A stretch of 64,000 bases of DNA from Desulfobacteraceae bacterium (GCA_011389515.1 JAABUA010000002.1:28839-92838), one strand, 5' to 3'; shown: positions 10,411 through 19,918, numbered from the stretch's first letter. Notes: a model not told the origin generated them from the sequence alone. Numbers and translations: made by a program.

Positions 10411-10527
10411 GGTTTTATTGCGCTTTTGATTTGTATTTTAATGGTTCGGCCTGGTGGGCAGAGGGCGATGGGCAGAGGGCGGTGGACAGTCCACTAAGTC
10501 CACTCTACTTCCCTTTCTCACCCCTTC

Positions 10528-11388
10528 TTACCTCCCCGCATAGCAGTACAGACAGCCATGACCGCACGGGTGTGCATCGTAGCAACCGATATCCCGGGAG
10601 ACCGTGCATTTGCACCCCTTGCCCCGCCGCTGCCCGGAATCTCCTGCAAGGGAAATCCGGCCTCCGAAGCGTTTCTGCAGGTCGCGGCCGGAAACACACC
10701 CCCCTGTCGTAGCGTTTACGCCCCGGGGCAGGTTGGCCGCAAGTTCATTTTCACAGCATGTATACAATGAAATATTCAATGATTCAAGGAGATCCGCCAT
10801 TTTATGAATGACCCGGATTTTTTTTGCCATGGGCGGATCCAGCCATGAAAATCCGGAAATCTTTTTCACCCGGCGCGCTGTTTTTGCATAGATGTCCACA
10901 AAGCTGGTAATACAGCGGTCTATGCCCAAATCCGCCATCTGCCAGGCGATTCTGGAAAAATCGCTCAGGTTGTTCCGGACGCTGTCGTCGCCGTATGTAT
11001 AGAAGCAAATCGGGTCGAAACGCCACCACAGAGACCCTGCGCCATATTGATCCACCAGTTTTTCCGCCTGCAAGATTCGCTCTTCAAGCGTTGGGAGGTT
11101 CGGTTCCAGCAGGGTCGATGAAGAATTGACGGTAAAGAGAAAGAAAAGCTCATAGCCCATTTGTTTGAGCCGGGTGCCGTAGCCGCCGTCTAAAAACCGG
11201 CTGAAATCCTTGGACCAGAAAACGATGCAGTGAACCGCATCGGGTGTGGCCGGGACCACTGAAATCCGGCGGTTGAAAGGATTTTTCACATGAAAGGCGC
11301 CGCGCTTGATCCCGTCCATGAAGCTGTCCATGTGAAACGCCGGGATATCGGTTCGCCGCGAGGCGGAAATAACGATTTTCTTTGTCAT
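10528..11388 (-). CDS. DUF1848 family protein
   Basis: N-terminus KIVISASRRTDIPAFHMDSF... and C-terminal Cys cluster GKGCKCTVSRDIGCYDAHPCGHGCLYC, as I recall for DUF1848. Confidence 0.65.
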   Translation of the reverse strand: MTKKIVISASRRTDIPAFHMDSFMDGIKRGAFHVKNPFNRRISVVPATPDAVHCIVFWSKDFSRFLDGGYGTRLKQMGYELFFLFTVNSSSTLLEPNLPTLEERILQAEKLVDQYGAGSLWWRFDPICFYTYGDDSVRNNLSDFSRIAWQMADLGIDRCITSFVDIYAKTARRVKKISGFSWLDPPMAKKIRVIHKMADLLESLNISLYTCCENELAANLPRGVNATTGGCVSGRDLQKRFGGRISLAGDSGQRRGKGCKCTVSRDIGCYDAHPCGHGCLYCYAGR

Positions 11389-11403
11389 GGGAGGGTCAGG
11401 AAA

Positions 11404-11733
11404 TTATTGTTTGTCCGGCTTGCGGGGGGTAAAGGAAATTACGGTGGCACTCCCATTTTCTCCGGTTTGTTTCGGGGCGCTCTCCGGTACTGTTTCTTCT
11501 TTGGGCGCTACCACTTTTTCAAGGCGCATCTTTTTTCCGCCCATAGTGAATTCCGCTCCGCTGATATAGACGTCGCGCAGCGTCCAGGTGACCGTCTGCA
11601 CCGGGACCTGGAGAACCAAAAGGGTTACATGGTACCAGTCTTTTTTGTGGTCCGGGTTGATATCTTCAATCCGGGCGAAGAAAAGCGGCTGGTCTTCGAG
11701 GTATACGAGAACGATGTCATTTATGGTTGCCAT
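11404..11733 (-). CDS. Hypothetical small protein (109 aa)
   Basis: Its ATG overlaps the upstream stop (TAATG) and its stop lies 15 nt from the DUF1848 start. It has a low-complexity Pro/Lys-rich tail. No family recognised. Confidence 0.55.
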   Translation of the reverse strand: MATINDIVLVYLEDQPLFFARIEDINPDHKKDWYHVTLLVLQVPVQTVTWTLRDVYISGAEFTMGGKKMRLEKVVAPKEETVPESAPKQTGENGSATVISFTPRKPDKQ

Positions 11734-12476
11734 TAGTCATGAATTCCCGGCTTGATCATTGTCCGGATCCAGCCCAAAACGGTATTTTTTTCAAGGTTCT
11801 GCCGGTCCAGTGCATCGATTTCCCGCTTCAGCTGATCCGGGTCGGCAAACCAGCTCTGCCGCTTGACAAGCGGTTGTTCCGGATCGAGCTGCTTTACCAT
11901 GCGTGCGGGATTCCCGCCGGCAATGACGTTTGGGGGAACGTCCCTGACGACAACCGAACCGGCCCCGATAATGCTGTTTTCCCCGATGGTTACCCCTTTG
12001 CATACAGTGACCTTGTCTCCGAGCCACACGTTGTCCTTGATATGGACCGGGGCGGTCCGGCCGATGGTGGTCAGCCGGTCATATGTGCCATGCCAGTCGG
12101 AATCCGTTATAAAAGCAGCGCCTGCCAGCATGCAGTTGTCTTCTATGATGATCTCGTGTGCAGAACTGATTCGCACGCCGGGGCATATCAGACAGTAACT
12201 GCCGATGGCGATCCTTCCCATGCCTTTTTCCTGGGGCCAGACGGTCAGCCGGACCTTGTTGTCGGATGTGGTCAGGATGTTGGCATGGTCGCCAATGGTA
12301 ATACCGCTGCCGAAAATCTTTATATTCCAAGGATGTATAAAAAGATATCCTTCACCAAGAGCGTCGAATTGGGGGCGGATATAGTAGTGGGAATAGAGCG
12401 CCTGCAATTTCATGAAGGCGCTTTTTATAAAATAGGGTCGGTGGTCTCTTCTCAAGGGTAAAGCCTGTTTTGTCAT
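11733..12476 (-). CDS. Hexapeptide-repeat (left-handed beta-helix) acyl/acetyltransferase
   Basis: C-terminal ...VWLGDKVTVCKGVTIGENSIIGAGSVVVRDVPPNVIAGGNPARMV is typical of the LacA/Maa/WbbJ-type O-acetyltransferases. Confidence 0.8.
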   Translation of the reverse strand: MTKQALPLRRDHRPYFIKSAFMKLQALYSHYYIRPQFDALGEGYLFIHPWNIKIFGSGITIGDHANILTTSDNKVRLTVWPQEKGMGRIAIGSYCLICPGVRISSAHEIIIEDNCMLAGAAFITDSDWHGTYDRLTTIGRTAPVHIKDNVWLGDKVTVCKGVTIGENSIIGAGSVVVRDVPPNVIAGGNPARMVKQLDPEQPLVKRQSWFADPDQLKREIDALDRQNLEKNTVLGWIRTMIKPGIHD

Positions 12477-12514
12477 TTAATGCATCGCAGATGCCGGGCC
12501 TTTTCGTCAGGCGT

Positions 12515-13555
12515 TTAATCCAGAATGCTTGATTTTTCCCAGTATTCATGACTGAAAAGCGCGCTGGCAGGCGTCAGGTGGTAAAGTGCGTCCGCTGCCA
12601 TGATGACGACGCCGTTTGTCCAGGTAATCTTGTCTTCCGGCCAGATGACCATGTCCGGGTAGGTAAATCCGCACCAGTATGAACCGTCGTCAAACTTGCG
12701 GTCCAGCAGCCAGTTATACACGATCTCCCCGACGTTTTGGTTTCCTGCTGCCGCAAGCGCGATGACCAGTTCGGACGTTTCTGCGATGGTTACCCATGGC
12801 CGGTTGGAAACGCAAAGCGCCCCCATGCCTTCCACGATAAATTTTTTCCAATGCTGGTCGATCCGTTTTTTTGCATCCTCCCCGGTGAGTGCGCCGGTTA
12901 AAACCGGGTAAAACCAGTCCATGGAATAGTGGGATTTGGTGATATTGAAAAGGTGATATCCGTGCTTGATGGCCTTTTTGAGCTTCAGCGCGGCCCTTTT
13001 CCAGTCCGGGCGATCCACGCCGATCTGTCTGGCAATGGCAAGGGCGCATTTCATGCTCATGAAAATCGAGCTTGAACCGGTCAAAAGCGCCATGGGATCC
13101 ACTTTCAGATCCGGGCTTTTGGCCCAGTATATCTCACCGGTCGGTGCCTGCATTCCGGCAGCGAAGTCGATGGCTTTTTCCACAACCGGCCACATGGTTT
13201 CCAGAAAACCGGTATTCCCCGTCAGAAGAAAATGGTGGAAAACGCCCACGGCAACATATGTGGTCATGTTGGTGTCGCGCGTCCGGTCGCTGGGTGCGCC
13301 ATCCTGGTAGGCCGCATACCAGCTTCCGTCTTCGAGCTGGTTTTCGGCCAGCCACTGGTAGGCTTTTTGGGCAGCGTACACATGCCCGGCAATGGCAAGC
13401 CCCATTGCCGCCTCCACGTGGTCCCATGGATCGGTCTTTCCTCCGATGTTCCAGGGAATTTCCCCGTTTTCTTTTTGAGCGGCCAAGATAACCGCACCCA
13501 CCGCATCAATATCGATTTCAAGCGACTGCTTTTTTCGTAACACCTCCCGTTCCAT
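12515..13555 (-). CDS. Prenyltransferase/squalene-cyclase-repeat (alpha/alpha toroid) protein
   Basis: Repeated QW-like motifs (NQLEDGSWYAAY, RKFDDGSYWCGF, QKENGEIPW) in a 346-aa protein. Confidence 0.6.
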   Translation of the reverse strand: MEREVLRKKQSLEIDIDAVGAVILAAQKENGEIPWNIGGKTDPWDHVEAAMGLAIAGHVYAAQKAYQWLAENQLEDGSWYAAYQDGAPSDRTRDTNMTTYVAVGVFHHFLLTGNTGFLETMWPVVEKAIDFAAGMQAPTGEIYWAKSPDLKVDPMALLTGSSSIFMSMKCALAIARQIGVDRPDWKRAALKLKKAIKHGYHLFNITKSHYSMDWFYPVLTGALTGEDAKKRIDQHWKKFIVEGMGALCVSNRPWVTIAETSELVIALAAAGNQNVGEIVYNWLLDRKFDDGSYWCGFTYPDMVIWPEDKITWTNGVVIMAADALYHLTPASALFSHEYWEKSSILD

Positions 13556-13765
13556 GGGCTATCCCTTTCTGCAGTAGAACATAATTACTTGTCATTGTTC
13601 AGGTTTTCCCCCGTGCACATTTCAGCACAGGCGTTGTGCCGACAGGTGCGGGGCGCGGTTTCTGCCGGATGTACGGGGGGTGTGTCTGCTGAAAAAGAAA
13701 ATATATGCCAGAAATTTGCCCTGGAAGCAAGGTAGAAAAACGTTTTTACCGTTCTTCGGGGTTAT

Positions 13766-14224
13766 CTATCCCACATGGGGCATCAGGGCCCACGTAATGG
13801 CCCAGAGCGCTGAATCCTCGAGCTTCTCAAGGCAGACGATGCCGCCATTCTGGAATATAAAAACCTTGTAGTCCGTGGAACCGGTTGTCAGGTAAGAGGC
13901 CATTCGCTCCATGAAAGGCAAATGGCCGACCAGCATGAGGTCGGCGCCGGGGGTAAGCGCGGCCGCCTTGCTTGTAACATCATCGAGCGGTTTCATCCCT
14001 TCTGATACAGATACTTTGGGCATGCCAAGTTTTCCGGCAAAAAGTTCCGCGGTCTGGGCGGCCCGTTTTTTCCCGCTGTGTTCAATGCGGCCCACTTTCA
14101 CATTGTATGCGGCGGCCGTTTCGGCGATGATTTCCACTTCCCGGATGCCCCTTTCTGAGAGCCCCTGTTCCGGGTCGATTTCCTTTGACAGGCTTTTTCC
14201 GTGCTGAACCAGGTAAAGTGCCAT
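13766..14224 (-). CDS. sixA: Histidine phosphatase family protein, SixA-like phosphohistidine phosphatase
   Basis: MALYLVQHGKS...ERGLS..G (RHG-type motif as LVQHG), ...HSGKKRAAQTA..., about 150 aa. Confidence 0.65.
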   Translation of the reverse strand: MALYLVQHGKSLSKEIDPEQGLSERGIREVEIIAETAAAYNVKVGRIEHSGKKRAAQTAELFAGKLGMPKVSVSEGMKPLDDVTSKAAALTPGADLMLVGHLPFMERMASYLTTGSTDYKVFIFQNGGIVCLEKLEDSALWAITWALMPHVG

Positions 14225-14312
14225 GGGTGTACCTCTTAGTAAACTGTACTTTATTTGTTTTTTTCAATGGTTTCGATTATTATACAATTCGTTTGTCGTT
14301 TTGACAAACAGT

Positions 14313-14475
14313 GATGATGCACCCGTAAAAAGTCTCGATCAGACGACTTCGTAATCACGCCATGGCGTGACAAGATCAAGGCTTGCGCGATCCCGAAGAA
14401 TGCAGCGTACTTAGCGTACGTGAGATTCTGAGGGATCGCGCGTAACGCAGATATTGGACTTTTTACGGAGTCGTC
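14313..14475. repeat. Structured intergenic repeat, copy B (full length, inverted relative to copy A)
   Basis: Inner unit GACGACTTCGTAA...TTACGGAGTCGTC (14-nt terminal inverted repeats), palindrome TCACGCCATGGCGTGA, and inverted repeat GCGCGATCCCGAAGAAT / ATTCTGAGGGATCGCGC. Confidence 0.85.
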
Positions 14476-14507
14476 AGTGATGCTTTTATTGGGTAAAGGG
14501 TTTTAAC

Positions 14508-15524
14508 ATGTATCTGGCCAGAAAATATCTGAAAAAAAAAGTCAGTTATTATCTTCGTGAGAGCCATTGGGACGGAGCCGACATAAAAAGCCGGGAAATA
14601 TGCAGTCTGGGAACAAGCCCGGAAAAGTTCATCATCTATCCCGACGATGGCATTGCGTTTTATTTCGACCCGGCACTTATCGAAACCATCGAAAATGCCG
14701 GCGTCAAGCCGGATACGGAGGAACTTGAAACCCTTTTCCGACTGTTTCTGCATCCGGATACCCGCCGTGTTATTGACAGGTTTTCCAGGCCTGCCCCCGG
14801 CAGGCGGCAGTCGTTGATGGAGCAGAAAAAGAGATGCGAAACGGAGAAATTTACCATGTTCGACAAGCGCCGAATGCACTATCTGCGTTTTGGCGAACTG
14901 GATATGCGCGGGATCGGCAATGTACCGAAAAAAATTTTCCGGAAGCTTTTGGATAAATCCCGGGATGAAATCGAGCAGCAGTTCATGGAAATGGAAAATA
15001 TTCTGGGAAACAGGGAAAAAAAGAACTACGTCTATGCTGTCTTCAACGTTGCGGGGCATTTTGAAAGTGAGATTTCTTATCGGTTTCCGCAGGCCCTTGA
15101 CCAGGAAAAAGTGGACCGGGCATTTATCGAAGAATTCTGCAGAATCCATGCGGATGCATCTTTCTGGGGGGATCTGGGCCTTTCAGAACGCGTCAGTGAG
15201 TACCTGCTTCGGTATGCATTCTGGTTTTTTGATATCGAATTTGAAGGAAGCCGTTACATGGAAGACCTGATGTGGCAGTTCAAAAAGCGCCACCACGGAT
15301 TCCGGCCGGCCCCCCGGCAGAAATCAATGCCCGTTGATGAAGCCCTTTCCGTGATGGGGATCTCCCGTTTGGACTTGTCGCAGATGACCGTAAAATCGTT
15401 GACAAAAAAGTACAGGGAGAAGGCTCATAGGTGTCATCCAGACAAGGGAGGGAATCATGAACAGTTTATACGCCTCAACCGGGCCTTTCAGACCCTTATA
15501 AAAAAGATGGGGCGAAACGCATAG
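14508..15524 (+). CDS. J-domain protein with an uncharacterised 270-aa N-terminal region
   Basis: C-terminal ...LTKKYREKAHRCHPDKGGNHEQFIRLNRAFQTL carries the HPD tripeptide of DnaJ J-domains. The N-terminal part was not recognised. Confidence 0.65.
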   Translation: MYLARKYLKKKVSYYLRESHWDGADIKSREICSLGTSPEKFIIYPDDGIAFYFDPALIETIENAGVKPDTEELETLFRLFLHPDTRRVIDRFSRPAPGRRQSLMEQKKRCETEKFTMFDKRRMHYLRFGELDMRGIGNVPKKIFRKLLDKSRDEIEQQFMEMENILGNREKKNYVYAVFNVAGHFESEISYRFPQALDQEKVDRAFIEEFCRIHADASFWGDLGLSERVSEYLLRYAFWFFDIEFEGSRYMEDLMWQFKKRHHGFRPAPRQKSMPVDEALSVMGISRLDLSQMTVKSLTKKYREKAHRCHPDKGGNHEQFIRLNRAFQTLIKKMGRNA

Positions 15525-15646
15525 AAACGGCATGCGTATCCTTCCTGCAGTCTGTCGCCAAAAAAAATTCAAATTTTTGTTGTCAATGGAGCGTTTGATT
15601 TCGTAAAAGAAACCCGACATCATTTTAAGATTACGAAGGAGCGGTT

Positions 15647-18600
15647 ATGCCCAAAAGAGAAGATATTAAAAAGGTTCTGATTATCGGGTCGGGGCCGATT
15701 ATCATCGGTCAGGCATGCGAATTCGATTATTCCGGAACCCAGGCGTGCAAAGCGCTTCGCGCCCTTGGCTACGAGATCGTGCTGGTCAATTCCAATCCCG
15801 CCACCATTATGACCGACCCGGAAATGGCGGATATAACGTACATTGAACCGTTAAATGCGCAAACACTGGAGCGGATTATCGAAAAAGAACGCCCGGATGC
15901 GCTTTTGCCCAACCTCGGCGGACAGACTGCGCTGAACCTTTCCTCCGCACTGAACAATAACGGCGTACTGGACCGTTTTGACGTCAAGCTTATCGGCGTC
16001 AATGCCGGGGCCATTGAACGCGGTGAAGACCGAACCATTTTCAAGCAGACCATGGACAAAATCGGCGTTGAAATGCCGAAGAGCAGGGCCGTTAATACGG
16101 TGGAGGACGCGGAAGCCGTGGCCGCAGAGCTGGGATATCCGGTCGTCATCCGGCCGGCGTACACCATGGGGGGCACCGGCGGCGGAATGGTTTACAACGT
16201 CGAGGAACTGCGAAATGTCGCATCCCGCGGGCTGGCCGCAAGCATCATCAACCAGGTTCTCATCGAGGAGTCCGTTCTCGGATGGGAGGAGCTTGAGCTC
16301 GAAGTGGTGAGGGACGCAAAAAACCGGCTCGTTACCGTGTGTTTTATCGAAAACGTGGACCCAATGGGCGTTCATACGGGGGATTCCTTTTGTACCGCCC
16401 CCATGCTGACCATCGATGAAGCCCTTCAGAAAAGGCTTCAGGAAATATCATACGCCATTGTGGAAGCCATTGAAGTTATCGGCGGCACGAACATCCAGCT
16501 TGCCCATGATCCGGATACCGGCCGCGTGGTGGTCATCGAAATCAATCCGCGTACGTCGCGGTCGTCCGCGCTCGCATCCAAGGCCACGGGGTTTCCCATC
16601 GCCCTTATTTCAGCCATGCTCGCAGGAGGTATGACACTGGATGAAATCCCCTACTGGCGGGACGGCACCTTAGATCAATATACGCCTTCGGGGGATTACG
16701 TGGTCGTCAAGTTTCCCCGGTGGGCGTTTGAGAAATTCGACGGTGTGGAAGACAAGCTGGGAACCCAGATGCGGGCCGTGGGCGAGGTCATGAGCATCGG
16801 GAAAAATTACAAGGAGGCGTTTCAGAAAGCCATCCGTTCCCTGGAGATCAATCGCTACGGGCTTGGATTCGCCAAGGATTTCAACCGGAAAACCCTGGAA
16901 GAGCTCTATGATCTTGTGGGCGCGGCAACCAGCGAGCGCCAGTTCATCATGTATGAAGCCCTTCGCAAAGGTGCGGATATCGGTCGCCTTTATGAAATCA
17001 CCCGGATAAAACGGTGGTTCATCGAGCAGATGAAAGAGCTGGTTGATCTTGAAGAGGAGATTCTCACGCACAAGGGGCAGCTTCTCCCGGACGATCTTCT
17101 GACCCGCGCCAAAAAGGACGGGTTTGCCGATGGATATCTTGCAAGGCTGCTCGGCGTGAAAGAGGCAGACCTCCGGGAAAGGCGCAAAGACATTGGCGTT
17201 GTTGAAACATGGAACGCCGTGCCGGTCTCCGGCGTCAAAGATGCGGCATATTATTACTCCACATACAGCGGCGCAAAGGATGAAGTGCCGGTCTCCGAGC
17301 GGAAGAAGATCATGGTCCTGGGCGGCGGCCCCAACCGGATCGGACAGGGGATTGAATTTGATTACTGCTGCGTTCACGCGGCGTTCGCCATCCGGGAGGC
17401 AGGATTTGAGTCCATCATGGTCAACTGCAACCCGGAGACGGTCTCCACGGATTATGACACATCGGACAAGCTGTATTTCGAACCGTTGACGGTGGAAGAC
17501 GTCTTGTCCATATACGAAAAGGAAAAACCCGAAGGCGTTATCGTTCAGTTCGGCGGGCAGACCCCGCTCAATATCGCGGGTGAGCTCGAAGCGGCCGGCG
17601 TGAAGATCCTGGGCACCTCCCCGGAAACCATCGACCTGGCAGAGGACAGGGACCGGTTCAATAAAATTGTCCGGAACCTGGGAATCCCTCAGCCGGAATC
17701 GGGCATGGCCCACTCTTTTGAAGAAGCGCTGGCCATTGCCAAGCAGATCGGATACCCCCTTATCGTGCGGCCATCCTATGTGCTGGGCGGCAGGGCCATG
17801 GAAATCGTTATGGATGAGTCCATGCTGCAGCGCTACCTGGCAGCGGCCGTGGACATCTCGCCGCAGCGCCCCATTCTTATCGACCGCTATCTTGAATCGG
17901 CCATCGAGGCCGAGGCCGATGCCATATCCGACGGTAGGGATGCGTTTGTGCCTGCCGTAATGGAGCATATCGAATTCGCGGGCATTCATTCCGGAGATTC
18001 CGCCTGCGTGATACCGCCGGTGAGCATACCCCCGACGCATGTGGATACCATCATCGAGTATACGCGTAAAATCGCTGTCGAATTCGGGGTGGTGGGGCTC
18101 ATGAACATCCAGTACGCCATTGCGGATGATATGGTTTATATTCTGGAAGCCAATCCGCGCGCATCACGCACGGTTCCCATCGTCTCCAAGGTATGCGGTT
18201 TCGCCATGGCGCGGATCGCGACAAAGATCATGCTGGGGGACAGACTCTCGGATTTTGCCCTCGAGCGGAAACTGATTCCCCATTACGGCGTCAAGGAAGC
18301 GGTGTTCCCCTTTAACATGTTTCCGGAAGTCGATCCGCTGCTTGGCCCGGAGATGCGCTCCACCGGTGAGGTTCTGGGGCTTGCCGATTCCTTTGGCATG
18401 GCGTTTTACAAGGCCCAGGAAGCCACCCAGACGTCTTTGCCCATCGAGGGAAGCGTGCTGATCACTGTCGCGGACAAGGACAAACCAAGCGTTGTGCTTC
18501 CGGCAAGGCTTTTTTCGGATCTGGGATTTAAAATATACACCACCAACGGGACCAAGGCGTTTCTGGAAAAGCACGGCATAGAATCGGAGATCTTAAAGAA

Positions 18601-18847
18601 GCTTGGCCACGGTCGGCCGGATATTGTCGACGCCATTAAAAACCGGGAGGTGAACCTGGTCATCAATACGCCCAGTGGAAAAGACAGCCAGGAAGATGAT
18701 TCCTATATTCGCAAAACCGCTATTCGGTTCAAGGTGCCCTATATAACGACGATTGCCGCCGCGGTGGCGACCGCCAAGGGAATTCATGCCCGCCGGGAAG
18801 GATTTCCGGAAGTGAAGGCCCTTCAGTTGTATCACAAGGATATTTAA
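15647..18847 (+). CDS. carB: Carbamoyl-phosphate synthase large subunit
   Basis: 1066 aa with duplicated ATP-grasp halves (VLIIGSGPIIIGQACEFDYSGTQA... and VLGGGPNRIGQGIEFDYCCVHA...) and a C-terminal MGS-like domain. GAAGGAG RBS. Confidence 0.98.
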   Translation: MPKREDIKKVLIIGSGPIIIGQACEFDYSGTQACKALRALGYEIVLVNSNPATIMTDPEMADITYIEPLNAQTLERIIEKERPDALLPNLGGQTALNLSSALNNNGVLDRFDVKLIGVNAGAIERGEDRTIFKQTMDKIGVEMPKSRAVNTVEDAEAVAAELGYPVVIRPAYTMGGTGGGMVYNVEELRNVASRGLAASIINQVLIEESVLGWEELELEVVRDAKNRLVTVCFIENVDPMGVHTGDSFCTAPMLTIDEALQKRLQEISYAIVEAIEVIGGTNIQLAHDPDTGRVVVIEINPRTSRSSALASKATGFPIALISAMLAGGMTLDEIPYWRDGTLDQYTPSGDYVVVKFPRWAFEKFDGVEDKLGTQMRAVGEVMSIGKNYKEAFQKAIRSLEINRYGLGFAKDFNRKTLEELYDLVGAATSERQFIMYEALRKGADIGRLYEITRIKRWFIEQMKELVDLEEEILTHKGQLLPDDLLTRAKKDGFADGYLARLLGVKEADLRERRKDIGVVETWNAVPVSGVKDAAYYYSTYSGAKDEVPVSERKKIMVLGGGPNRIGQGIEFDYCCVHAAFAIREAGFESIMVNCNPETVSTDYDTSDKLYFEPLTVEDVLSIYEKEKPEGVIVQFGGQTPLNIAGELEAAGVKILGTSPETIDLAEDRDRFNKIVRNLGIPQPESGMAHSFEEALAIAKQIGYPLIVRPSYVLGGRAMEIVMDESMLQRYLAAAVDISPQRPILIDRYLESAIEAEADAISDGRDAFVPAVMEHIEFAGIHSGDSACVIPPVSIPPTHVDTIIEYTRKIAVEFGVVGLMNIQYAIADDMVYILEANPRASRTVPIVSKVCGFAMARIATKIMLGDRLSDFALERKLIPHYGVKEAVFPFNMFPEVDPLLGPEMRSTGEVLGLADSFGMAFYKAQEATQTSLPIEGSVLITVADKDKPSVVLPARLFSDLGFKIYTTNGTKAFLEKHGIESEILKKLGHGRPDIVDAIKNREVNLVINTPSGKDSQEDDSYIRKTAIRFKVPYITTIAAAVATAKGIHARREGFPEVKALQLYHKDI

Positions 18848-18859
18848 TGGGTGCTGTTT

Positions 18860-19918
18860 TTATTGTCCATTCGTCCGGGCATGGAAAAATTTCTGTACGT
18901 ATTTGCCGGATATGACCTCATTGAGGTCAAAGAGGAGATCCTCCTTTAAAAAGCTTCCCCTGTAGGCAAAAAACAGGTTCCCGGATACCCCCTGGACATC
19001 CTGGAGGATCTTTTTTCTGTCCTTCCCGCTACGTTTTTTATGGTCATAAAGCCTGCAGGCCAGGGGGCGCTGATCATAAAAAGAACATTTTCCGTTCCGG
19101 TTAAAGGGGCAGAGGAGTTTTTCCGCCTGGACAACGGCACCGCGCCCGGACGCGGACCGGGCAGCAAGGGCGTCAAGCGACTGGCTGATGAGTTCCCGCC
19201 GCCTTTCCATGGGGAGCATGGTATTTATTTTCTGGGAAATGTAGACCGCCTCTGCAAAGCTCACGAAAACCTTTTCCCGGCAGCAGCGCATGTGATCGCG
19301 TCCGCAGCGTTCTGCCGGGGCGGATATTTCCGGCTCCACCCGGTCGAAAATAGTCTCCAGGTCGTCAAAAAATGGATTGAGATCCACACGGTTTTTGTTT
19401 TCAAGGCTCGGTTCGCGGGTCGTGAGGGCACACTGACAGCGGCCGTATTGCCTGAGAAGTTTCCACTGGCAGTAGGTCGATGGCTGGGATCGCAATTTTT
19501 TAAGCTTTTTCTTTACCCGCCGGGCGCTGAGTCCTTTTCGCAGAAGGTAGGCCGAAACAATGGTTCCGGTTCGCCCGATACCATGGCGGCAGTGAATCAG
19601 CACTTTTTTACCCAAGTAAATCGATTCGTCGATCCACTCCAGGGCATCATCCATGCTTTCCATTTTCGGGACTTCTTCATCTTCTATGGGAAGGTAGTAG
19701 ACGTCAAATCCGGCTTTTTGTTCAATCAAAGGCAAATCCGGAAACTCGGCGCAAAGGTTTATAATGGCATCGATGCCCGCTTTTTTGAGGCGATCGAGCT
19801 GATCATAGGACATGGGCGCATGACCGGCGGCAAGGCTTGGCGTCACCCAGCTTACGCAGTCGCCCGCGTCTCTTTTTTTAAACGGCCAGAATCTCGTCAA
19901 TTTCTCTGATAAACGCAT
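18860..19918 (-). CDS. Dual-specificity (CX5R) phosphatase fused to a YkgJ-type Cys-cluster (zinc/iron-chelating) domain
   Basis: P-loop VLIHCRHGIGRTGT in the N-terminal half. The C-terminal half has CGRDHMRCC ... LLCPFNRNGKCSFYDQRPLACRLYD, resembling the CxxCxxCC/UPF0153 family. The ATG start overlaps the upstream gene by 41 nt, so the start is uncertain. Confidence 0.7.
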   Translation of the reverse strand: MRLSEKLTRFWPFKKRDAGDCVSWVTPSLAAGHAPMSYDQLDRLKKAGIDAIINLCAEFPDLPLIEQKAGFDVYYLPIEDEEVPKMESMDDALEWIDESIYLGKKVLIHCRHGIGRTGTIVSAYLLRKGLSARRVKKKLKKLRSQPSTYCQWKLLRQYGRCQCALTTREPSLENKNRVDLNPFFDDLETIFDRVEPEISAPAERCGRDHMRCCREKVFVSFAEAVYISQKINTMLPMERRRELISQSLDALAARSASGRGAVVQAEKLLCPFNRNGKCSFYDQRPLACRLYDHKKRSGKDRKKILQDVQGVSGNLFFAYRGSFLKEDLLFDLNEVISGKYVQKFFHARTNGQ

